The notes beneath the pieces are model-generated. The model worked only from the letters and a program-made list of their open reading frames with translations, had not been told where the DNA came from and did no database searches. From assembly GCA_946965045.2 (NCBI GenBank), contig OX337232.1:3224001-3288000 (forward strand): 64,000 nucleotides of DNA, written 5' to 3'. The position numbers were made by a program, and so were the translations under genes. The stretch is from Epithemia pelagica. Its lineage: Eukaryota; Protista; Bacillariophyta. Positions within the stretch are counted from its first letter, which is position 1. The number at the start of each line of letters is the position of its first letter. Shown here one piece after another: positions 10,457 through 18,919 of the stretch.

Positions 10457-11747
10457 AAGAACGACGCTGCTCTACTCTATGTCCAATTGCCTGCTGTCGC
10501 CCTTGCTGTTGTAGTAAGGCTACTACTTCTGGTTGATTGTGGCATTTGACAGCATAGCTGCCGGGTGACAAACCAGACGTAAGGAACGCTGCGGTGTGGC
10601 TACACGAAATTAAACCCTCTTAGCCACCCCCGCTAGGGGTTGCCCCATCTCTCTGGTGTCCGGTCTAGTCGGTAGGCATATCTCATTTTCACAACCACGT
10701 TAACAACACGACAATCAAACTTTGTTGTTGCTGGTGACCTCCTATGATCACCCCATCATGATCCGGCCATCGTGTGATTCATATTAGTACCATGGTAGTG
10801 CCTTGTGAGCGGCACAGTACATGAGGGTCACTCTAGGCAAGGATGAAAATAGTGGCCCAGCATTATGGATTATGGCACGACACGAGACCATGATGGCCCC
10901 CAAAACACATGGGAATAGAGGTCCTGCTGTCGATACACTCCGTTACTACTGTTATGTATATTGTGTACTATTAGGTGCCGAAACAATGAATGATAAGAGC
11001 CATACATCCCTCTGAGATGCTTCGTTCGAAATGGTGAGGCGTTGCTTCCGTATGACCGTGCCACGAGGCATGGTGCCTGTGAACCAGCTCCACAATAGAC
11101 TCAACCTTCATATTTAGGCCATGCAGATGTATCCTACGCTATTGGTTAGGCAGAATAGTGCCATCCTCGACGATGGTCTAGGTAGGTAGTAGTAGCTACC
11201 ATTTGAGTCAACAGAACGCCCGACCCAACCTTTCAATGAATCCAAAATGGAAAATCACGCATTGAGTCAAAAACACATCCAGTTGCATAAGTCGTGTCCC
11301 TAAACGGTGTCATCAAAGCAGAAGACATCAAACCATCTATTGCCTGAAAACAAGAGAAAGAGCCAGAGACTCGTGTGAGAGTAGGCAGCAAGGGACAGAC
11401 TACAAGATCACAGAGAAACAAAAAGAGAGTCTGTCCAAAGGGTTGATTTCAGTGGCCAGAAAATGACCCGCAAAACCAGAATTTGACTCCGTCTGTTTTC
11501 ACAAGCACCTCATCACCAACAGGCCACCTTCCGGCAAAGGACGATGTACCTGCGAAGTATCTTTATTCTCTCGATTGTTTCATATAATGTGAACCCACAT
11601 GTCAAGCAAACTTACATTGTGTAAAAGTCACATGGCTGAGTCCAATCGGCAAAGGCAAGGTTGTAGAATCGACAGCGTATTCGTCCTCTTTTTGTCAATT
11701 AACGGTACCACCGCATTTTCGTTTCCGCAAACATACAGCATTCTTCG

Positions 11748-12604
11748 TCACCAATGTGGGTCCCCAATGGGTGGATATTCGGTATCTCGAGGATGGACCG
11801 ATGGCCACACGGACAAGTCTTCGTCTCGGGAATGAGACATTGTGGGTTTGGCTGTATCCTCCGAATCAACTCGCAAACGTTTGGTGATGGGTCGAAAGTA
11901 CTGGACCTTGAACTTTTTCTGGTCCTCCGACATTCGTGGCAATGTCTGTTGCGACACGGATGCATAGGGTTCCATGGCTCGTTTGGCATCTCGTACCGAC
12001 TGCAACTCCACGACACAGGATCCATAAAAGGCATTGGTTCGACGGTCCGTCAACCAATGGAGGATTGCAATGGGTCCCAACAGAGCTTCTAATTTCGTTC
12101 TGGTTATAGTCAAGGGCAATCTCGAGAGATACAGACAGGTATCACGAAACACTTCAGTACGAGTATCAGGTTTGTCAAACAACGTTTCGAGTGTGCCGTT
12201 TCTTCGTTTGGTTGCTTCCCTCCTGCTGGAGTTGTTCGGCTCATTGTTTCGTGTGGACCAAATTGGGTCGTACCGTGGGAGCCTGATATCCTTCTTGACA
12301 GAGGGGACACTGCAAGGTTTCGGGATGGGCCGTGGCATGCGACACACAGGAGGGACACACAATGACGGGGACACCACAAACAACCGTCGATTCCGTCGTC
12401 GTCGTCGACTTGCTGGATTTGCCCGTGCTGCAGTGGAATTGTCCCCGATACTGGGTGCATACGCCGTGACACACGACGCAGGTGGGCAAAAAGGCGGCGG
12501 CCGTGGTGGACCTGGCACATTCCAATTCGACCTGATCCAAGGGTTTTTCGGCCGGAACTTGTTCCATGCGTCGATCAAACAAATAATTCTTGCCCTTCCA
12601 CAAA
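11748..12604 (-). pseudogene. 3' fragment of the TrhO-like gene, copy 2
   Basis: As copy 1, plus a CGA>TGA nonsense change at 12243. Homology to the parent locus spans 11153-12604 versus 33313-34756. Confidence 0.9.
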
Positions 12605-12695
12605 GCAGGTCGAATGCGACGATGCAACTTGACCATTGACAAATGTTTGGCGACATCTTCCGTCATTGTCACGGGTGTTCCTTCAGCAAACTATC

Positions 12696-12938
12696 TGTTG
12701 AGGATATGTGACCAGGCGACGAGCAGCAGCGAACAAGCCGCGACTAGAGAGAGTGATTCGGAAGCAAAGGATCTAAACTTGAATGACGAAGATGCCGAAG
12801 CATGGACTTTGGTCCGTCGACGTGGCAAAAGCAACAATAGGCAAGATGAACAAGCAAGAGTTCATTCTAAGGAGATTACGTAGTTCGATAAGCCTATAAA
12901 GAGTTGCTTTTACGGCACGGCTTGTTTGAGTTTTAACA
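12696..12938 (+). repeat. 5' LTR (243 bp)
   Basis: TGTTGAG...TTAACA; three substitutions seen versus the 3' LTR. Confidence 0.96.
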
Positions 12939-12952
12939 TAATCTCCTTAGAA
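12939..12952 (+). promoter_or_regulatory. Primer-binding site complementary to the element's own LTR (putative self-priming)
   Basis: TAATCTCCTTAGAA is the exact reverse complement of LTR 12865-12878 (TTCTAAGGAGATTA). It does not begin with TGG. Confidence 0.7.
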
Positions 12953-12998
12953 ATAAAGCATTATATCGTATCACAGACTGTGAAGGGAACTACGGTAT

Positions 12999-13652
12999 AT
13001 GAGCGAGAGACTTGAAGCGCGTTGGCAAGATATATTGGCTCAATTGGCTCAGCTGACTCTCGAGGAACAAGAAGAAGTACACTCAATTGAAGAGCGCTTT
13101 CAACAAGAATACCGAAGAAGAGAAGCTCAACACCGTCAAACGGTGGCGGCTCTTGAGCGTCAACGAGAAACAGATCGTGACAACGCATACGACGAGTGTG
13201 AGATTCGGAAGCAACTTGTGTTTGAAAAAGCTCAGGCAAAACGTGACAGCTTGTTGAGAGAAATTCAATTCCTTGACGAGGACAAGACACCTGTCCCAGA
13301 ACCCCGGTCATCAAGGCAGGAGACGCCCGAACCAGAGGTAAAACAGACAGCTGGACCAAGATCCCAAAACAGTACGCCTCAATCTCAAGCCAGTGATACA
13401 AGTCATCCAGTGCAAGTCCCACAGCCTCCTTCAATCGCATCGCAAAGAAACAGCACCATAAGGTGGATCCCAATTGGAACTAGAGTGTGGGTACTCAATC
13501 CCCTCAAGTTGAAGAATCAAACCTCCACCACCTATCTTGAAGGAGTCATATCGCGACACGGTAGTTTCTACCACTTCCTTTGTATTTGGAATCCATCTAC
13601 CGGCAAACAAGAACATCGTCGACATCGAGACAGCCTAGCTGTAATCGAATAA
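12999..13652 (+). CDS. Extra upstream ORF (ORF0, 217 aa): coiled coil, linker, small beta-barrel-like domain
   Basis: ATG-initiated and inside the element. Charged helical N-half; C-terminal IGTRVWVLNP...EGVISR...RRHRDSL. The stop is 1 nt before the gag ATG. Confidence 0.75.
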   Translation: MSERLEARWQDILAQLAQLTLEEQEEVHSIEERFQQEYRRREAQHRQTVAALERQRETDRDNAYDECEIRKQLVFEKAQAKRDSLLREIQFLDEDKTPVPEPRSSRQETPEPEVKQTAGPRSQNSTPQSQASDTSHPVQVPQPPSIASQRNSTIRWIPIGTRVWVLNPLKLKNQTSTTYLEGVISRHGSFYHFLCIWNPSTGKQEHRRHRDSLAVIE

Positions 13653-13653
13653 G

Positions 13654-16600
13654 ATGTCGACTGGTGGGAACGGCCCTCGGCCGGATGGAGCAGAATCAAG
13701 CAGCGGACGAGGTAATCAAACGGGCGGTCGATCCAACGGAGGCAGAGGACGAGGAGGTTGTGGCAAAAACCAAGGTCAACAATCAAACACCCGCTTTCAG
13801 GGCCAAGAACCATCGCTGAAAGATTGCGTGTTTGATTATAGTGAAGATCCCCAGTCGAAGCGTTACCTACGCAACGTTGAGTTGTTAGTGGGATACGTGG
13901 GGACATCATTCGACTACTACAACCTAGAGTATCAAAAGGCGCTGGAGAAATTGGAACTTAAAGATCCAGAGAAAGCAAAGATTCCTGATGATCCCACGGA
14001 CCCCATTCAGATGGAAGAATGGAAAATGGAGTACAAGGCAAGAAAGGATCAAGTGAAGGCCTATCGCAACTTTCGTGCTTCCTTGTTCAGTGTCATTCTT
14101 GGGCAATGTACGCCCCTCATGAAGGACAAGTTGCAAGCCAAACCAGAATATGAAGCGATCAACGATGAAAGGGACGGTGTAGCTCTACTCAAGTTGATCA
14201 AACAAACAACCTTCACGTTTGATTCCGGCCGAATCTACAAGCTGGTCGGTCGTGACAAGTTGAAAGAAGAGTTTTATGGTTTGAAGCGCAGAAACAATCA
14301 AACCCTACACAGCTATTATGAAATGTTTAGGGCAAAAGTGAAAGTTCTCAATGAGGTCGGTGTGGTGTTGTATGATAAAGATCTCGTGGAGATGATAGCC
14401 AAGAAAAATGGAAGGGACCCTCCATCATCCATCGATCGAGAAGAAGCACAAGAGAGATGTGTTGCGATCCGATTCATCCGAACATGTGGCCATCGAGAGT
14501 ATGAGGCCCATTTGCAAAACATGTTTTTGGACGGCCACAAGGATGTGTATCCTGCCACTCTGGCGGATGCAAGGGCAATTCTTGATAACCGCATGACAGG
14601 TAAACAGAAGCAACCGAATCAAAACCAACAGACCCCGACTGAGAATGCCACTGGCATGGCATATCATACACAAGAGTTGGACAACAGCAATGAAAGCCAA
14701 GCGGCGTCCACATTGACCGGTAACAGCCACATGACAGCAAATTCACGCCAAGCCCAGAGTCGAAATGGTAATGGCAACAATAGCCGAGGAAGAGAACAAG
14801 CGAGCACGGGCAGCGGCCAATCACGAGGCCATGAATCAAATCAGACACAAACCAACAATAATGGTGAATGGAATGAGATCAATGAATCAACGGGCCTTCA
14901 GGATGCACATCGTGACTCACTCCAATATTCGTTTTCTGCTTCTCCTTCACAGGCTAGCATATCCCCCGAATGGCTACTCCTCGACAACCAATCGACAGTA
15001 GACATTATCCAAGACCCCAACCTCCTCAAGAATATTCACACAGCCGAGCGACCAATCATGATCCAAAGTCACGCTGGGCGGCGTCAGATCTCCAAACAAG
15101 GCCTACTCCCCGGATATGGCATTGTCTGGCATGACCCGGAAGGGCCGGCCAACATCATATCACTCAACAACGCACGCACAAGGTTCACAATCAAGTATGA
15201 CAGCGATAACGGCAACACCTTCAATCTCTTCGACCGATCTTCAGGGCGACTCAAACACCAATTCCTGCCAAGTCAAGACGGTTTGTTCTATATGGATACG
15301 TCAAGAATGCAGAGTAGTTTCATCACTACGGTTAATGATAATGAATCTGCTTATTCTCAAGACGAAGTCTATAGGGCTAAACTGGCACGATCATTAATGG
15401 CCAAGATAGGTCGTCCATCCACACGTGATTTCGTACACATCATACGAAACAATCTGTTACCTAACACAACGATCACTGTGGACGACATCAAGAGGGCCGA
15501 GAAAATATATGGACCAGACCTTGGTAGTCTGAAGGGGAAGACGACTCGTCGTAAATCGCCTGTGGTTGACTTGTCACACACCGTACCACCACGGATCAAA
15601 GAAGAACACAAGGATGTGACCCTCACTGTTGATGTTCTCCACGTCAACAACATTCCTTTCCTAGCAACGACGTCAAGGAAGTTGCATTTTGGGACCATGG
15701 AAGCAATGGCCAATACCACTGATGATGATGTCATGAACTCGTTGCGCAAAGTGGTTGCGATCTACCGTAGAGGTGGTTTGCGCCCGCGGATGTTACTTGC
15801 CGACGGAGCCTTCTGTTCCGACAAGATGAAGACCGAGCTGCAACTGATCGGTGTATTGTTAAATCCTACCGCAAGAGATGAACATGTGGGAGATATTGAA
15901 AGGTACATACGTACAGTAAAAGAAAGGATGAGATGTGTGTATAACACACTACCATTCAAAGAAATCCCGAAGGTCATGATCATTGAGATGGCCAAATTCG
16001 CTACGTTCTGGCTGAATAGTTTCCCTCATCGGTTGGGGATTTCACAATCAGAAAGCCCACGACTGCTCGTCACGGGAGAACAAGTGGACTTCAACAAGCA
16101 TTGTCGCTTCAAATTTGGACAGTACGTCCAATGTCATGAAGAACATGACAACACGATGGCGCCCAGGACCATAGGTGCTCTAGCATTGAGGCCTACTGGA
16201 AATCGTCAGGGTAGTTATTATTTTTTGAGTCTTGTCAGCGGCCGAGTCATAACACGGAATCACGCCACAGTCCTACCGATGCCCCAAGAAGTGATCCAAC
16301 GTGTGCACCAATTGGCTAGAGCCCAGAATATGCAACCAGGATTAGCCTTCGGTAATAGGGATAATCGGATTTTGTGGATGGATCAAGACAACGACATTTA
16401 TAACGAAGAAGACGATGAATCCTACACCAATGAAGAAGAGGAGGACATCGATCTACGCTATGATGAAGAGATGATCGAAGATGAGCTGGTGGATGACGTT
16501 AACAATCCCGACTATGTTGATCCGGAAGCAGATGTCAACGGCAAACCTGCAATCAACCCGATGATTGGTCCCGATGACCAACACATGGAAATTCAAGGAG

Positions 16601-18864
16601 TGGGTGACCCACTAGCCGTAGAACTTGACGACATGAACGGTCCGGAAATTGAAGGAGTGGAGGCAGATGGAGAACTGCCAATCCATCCTATCCCAGAAGA
16701 TGATGTTGGAGGAGGTGCAGTCCCGGAGGAGGCAGTGATGGATGTGGAGGAGGAAGTAGAAGAGAATGGGGGGGAGCTAGCCGGTGGAGAGAATATGGAA
16801 GAGGGACAAGACACTAACGAAGGTGTCGAAGATAGCAGCGAGGCTGATCCGGTACATCAACAACAACAACAACAACCACACAGATACAATCTACGGCCGA
16901 ATCGTGAAAGGAGCTACGCGCACCGATACGGGCACTCGTTTGCTTGCATCGATAATCTAAAAGGCGGGCGCTATGATGGAATCCTTCGAGATGGAGTGTT
17001 GTTTCTTGTGGCGACTGAGGTGAATCAAGCCACACCGCAGATGCCTATGAAGAAAGGCATCAAACTGTTTGGGAACAAGGGAGTGGCCGCCGTGAAGGTG
17101 GAAATCCAACAATTGCATGATCGAGGAGTACTGAGGGCAGTACACAAAACTGACCTCAGTTGGAATGAGATACAACAAGCTCTGGGGTACCTAATGTTCT
17201 TGAAACGAAAAAGGTGTGGCAAGATAAAAGGACGAGGCTGTGCCGACGGACGCAAACAACGTGCGTACATAGAGAAGGAAGATTCAGCTTCTCCTACCGT
17301 GGCCACCGACTCTGTATTCATCACTGCCGTCATTGATGCCTTGGAACGACGTGTGGTCGCTGTGGCAGATATCCCAGGTGCATTTATGCACTCGGATATG
17401 GATCCTGGAGTGTACATGCGGCTTACTGGTCTAATGGCCGAGCTACTCCTAGAAGTCGATTATGAAGCATATGCCCCTTATCTGACATACGAGAAGGGCG
17501 AGCCGGCTATATATGTGGAAATGTTGAAGGCCCTTTACGGGACGTTGCGTGCAGCTCGTCTCTTCTGGGAAAAATTGACCGTGGTGCTCAAAAGCTGGGG
17601 ATTTCAAATCAACCCCTATGATTCATGCGTTGCCAACAAAACAATCAACAACAAACAATGTACGGTAACTTGGCACATTGACAATCTGAAGATATCGCAT
17701 GTGGATGGTGCCGTTGTGACCAAATTTATTGACGACCTCAAAGCAGAATTCGGACAGTTGGGAGAAATCTCCGTGTCGGAAGGGACAAGGCACGACTATT
17801 TGGGCATGTTCTTAGACTATGGAGAGGATGGGGTTGTGCAGGTGGATATGAGATCCTACCTGGACACCATTTTGATCTCGCTACCAAAAGAATGGATCGG
17901 TAAAGCACGGTCACCCGCAGCTAAGCATTTATATCATACGGACCCGAACGCTCGAAAGCTCAATGAGGAGGAAGCGGATCGATTCCACAGTGTAACAATG
18001 CAGTTAGCTTACATGGCGCAAAGAGGACGACCGGGTATACGCACTGCTGTGGCCTTTTTGAGCACTCGTGTCATGAATCCAGACGTTGACGATCAGAGAA
18101 AACTCGGTCGGGTTCTCAAGTACCTACAATCAACCAAGGACTTGATCCTACGCCTAGAGGGTGATGGATCTGGAACACTCTGTTGGTGGGCGGATGCCTC
18201 CTTCGCTACTCACCCAGACATGAAAGGACAGACCGGCGGAGTAATGACTATGGGCAAGGGTGCCGTCATGACTGCCTCGTCAAAACAAAAACTTGTGGCG
18301 CGAAGTTCGACCGAATGTGAGTTGATAGGCGTGCACGACGTGTTACCGTCAATGTTATGGAGTCAGAACTTTCTGAGAGCCCAAGGCCATGAAGTAAAGA
18401 ACGTTGTACTTCACCAGGACAATCAAAGCAGTATCCTGCTGGAGCGAAACGGTCGGTTGTCGAGCTCGAAAAGAACCCAACACATCAATCTACGATATTT
18501 TTATATCACAGATTGTATTCGTCGAAAGGACGTGAGTGTGCGTTTCTGCCCGACGGACGAGATGATTGCTGATTTCTTTACAAAACCGTTGCAGGGTCAA
18601 GCTTTTTATCGCCTGCGGGATATCATCATGAATGTGGTCCCGAGTAGTAAGTATCACTCCTCGGCCCAAAGGAGTGTGTTGAGGATATGTGACCAGGCGA
18701 CGAGCAGCAGCGAACAAGCCGCGACGAAAGAGAGTGATTCGGAAGCAAAGGATCTAAACTTGAATGACGAAGATGCCGAAGCATGGACTTTGGTCCGTCG
18801 ACGTGGCAAAAGCAACAATAGGCAAGATGAACAAGCAAGAGTTCATTCTAAGGAGGTTACGTAG
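13654..18864 (+). CDS. Copia gag-pol polyprotein (1,736 aa; PR-IN-RT-RH order)
   Basis: LLDNQSTVD, integrase DDE, ADIPGAF, WHIDNLK and RNase H motifs. The ORF runs ~62 codons into the 3' LTR. Confidence 0.95.
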   Translation: MSTGGNGPRPDGAESSSGRGNQTGGRSNGGRGRGGCGKNQGQQSNTRFQGQEPSLKDCVFDYSEDPQSKRYLRNVELLVGYVGTSFDYYNLEYQKALEKLELKDPEKAKIPDDPTDPIQMEEWKMEYKARKDQVKAYRNFRASLFSVILGQCTPLMKDKLQAKPEYEAINDERDGVALLKLIKQTTFTFDSGRIYKLVGRDKLKEEFYGLKRRNNQTLHSYYEMFRAKVKVLNEVGVVLYDKDLVEMIAKKNGRDPPSSIDREEAQERCVAIRFIRTCGHREYEAHLQNMFLDGHKDVYPATLADARAILDNRMTGKQKQPNQNQQTPTENATGMAYHTQELDNSNESQAASTLTGNSHMTANSRQAQSRNGNGNNSRGREQASTGSGQSRGHESNQTQTNNNGEWNEINESTGLQDAHRDSLQYSFSASPSQASISPEWLLLDNQSTVDIIQDPNLLKNIHTAERPIMIQSHAGRRQISKQGLLPGYGIVWHDPEGPANIISLNNARTRFTIKYDSDNGNTFNLFDRSSGRLKHQFLPSQDGLFYMDTSRMQSSFITTVNDNESAYSQDEVYRAKLARSLMAKIGRPSTRDFVHIIRNNLLPNTTITVDDIKRAEKIYGPDLGSLKGKTTRRKSPVVDLSHTVPPRIKEEHKDVTLTVDVLHVNNIPFLATTSRKLHFGTMEAMANTTDDDVMNSLRKVVAIYRRGGLRPRMLLADGAFCSDKMKTELQLIGVLLNPTARDEHVGDIERYIRTVKERMRCVYNTLPFKEIPKVMIIEMAKFATFWLNSFPHRLGISQSESPRLLVTGEQVDFNKHCRFKFGQYVQCHEEHDNTMAPRTIGALALRPTGNRQGSYYFLSLVSGRVITRNHATVLPMPQEVIQRVHQLARAQNMQPGLAFGNRDNRILWMDQDNDIYNEEDDESYTNEEEEDIDLRYDEEMIEDELVDDVNNPDYVDPEADVNGKPAINPMIGPDDQHMEIQGVGDPLAVELDDMNGPEIEGVEADGELPIHPIPEDDVGGGAVPEEAVMDVEEEVEENGGELAGGENMEEGQDTNEGVEDSSEADPVHQQQQQQPHRYNLRPNRERSYAHRYGHSFACIDNLKGGRYDGILRDGVLFLVATEVNQATPQMPMKKGIKLFGNKGVAAVKVEIQQLHDRGVLRAVHKTDLSWNEIQQALGYLMFLKRKRCGKIKGRGCADGRKQRAYIEKEDSASPTVATDSVFITAVIDALERRVVAVADIPGAFMHSDMDPGVYMRLTGLMAELLLEVDYEAYAPYLTYEKGEPAIYVEMLKALYGTLRAARLFWEKLTVVLKSWGFQINPYDSCVANKTINNKQCTVTWHIDNLKISHVDGAVVTKFIDDLKAEFGQLGEISVSEGTRHDYLGMFLDYGEDGVVQVDMRSYLDTILISLPKEWIGKARSPAAKHLYHTDPNARKLNEEEADRFHSVTMQLAYMAQRGRPGIRTAVAFLSTRVMNPDVDDQRKLGRVLKYLQSTKDLILRLEGDGSGTLCWWADASFATHPDMKGQTGGVMTMGKGAVMTASSKQKLVARSSTECELIGVHDVLPSMLWSQNFLRAQGHEVKNVVLHQDNQSSILLERNGRLSSSKRTQHINLRYFYITDCIRRKDVSVRFCPTDEMIADFFTKPLQGQAFYRLRDIIMNVVPSSKYHSSAQRSVLRICDQATSSSEQAATKESDSEAKDLNLNDEDAEAWTLVRRRGKSNNRQDEQARVHSKEVT

Positions 18865-18919
18865 TTCGATAAGCCTATAAAGAGTTGCTTTTACGGCACG
18901 GCTTGTTTGAGTTTTAACA
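18677..18919 (+). repeat. 3' LTR (243 bp), preceded by the PPT AAAGGAGTG
   Basis: Direct repeat of 12696-12938. Confidence 0.96.

Larger units (their letters stand above)
12696..18919 (+). mobile_element. Full-length Copia family A element (6,224 bp)
   Basis: LTRs 12696-12938 and 18677-18919; TSD CTATC at 12691-12695 and 18920-18924; empty site at 25389-25393. Confidence 0.97.

Noticed and set aside
10440-10571. Programmed frameshift at the A8 run extending the CR N-terminus
   Set aside because: It would need a +1 shift, and the upstream frame has no ATG. An upstream exon remains possible but is unsupported.
12939-12960. Conventional tRNA PBS for family A
   Set aside because: It does not start with TGG, and the half-tRNA register would need a Y-U before the anticodon (AG is found). 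A partial resemblance to tRNA-Arg(TCT) TTCTAA is weaker than the 14/14 match to the LTR.
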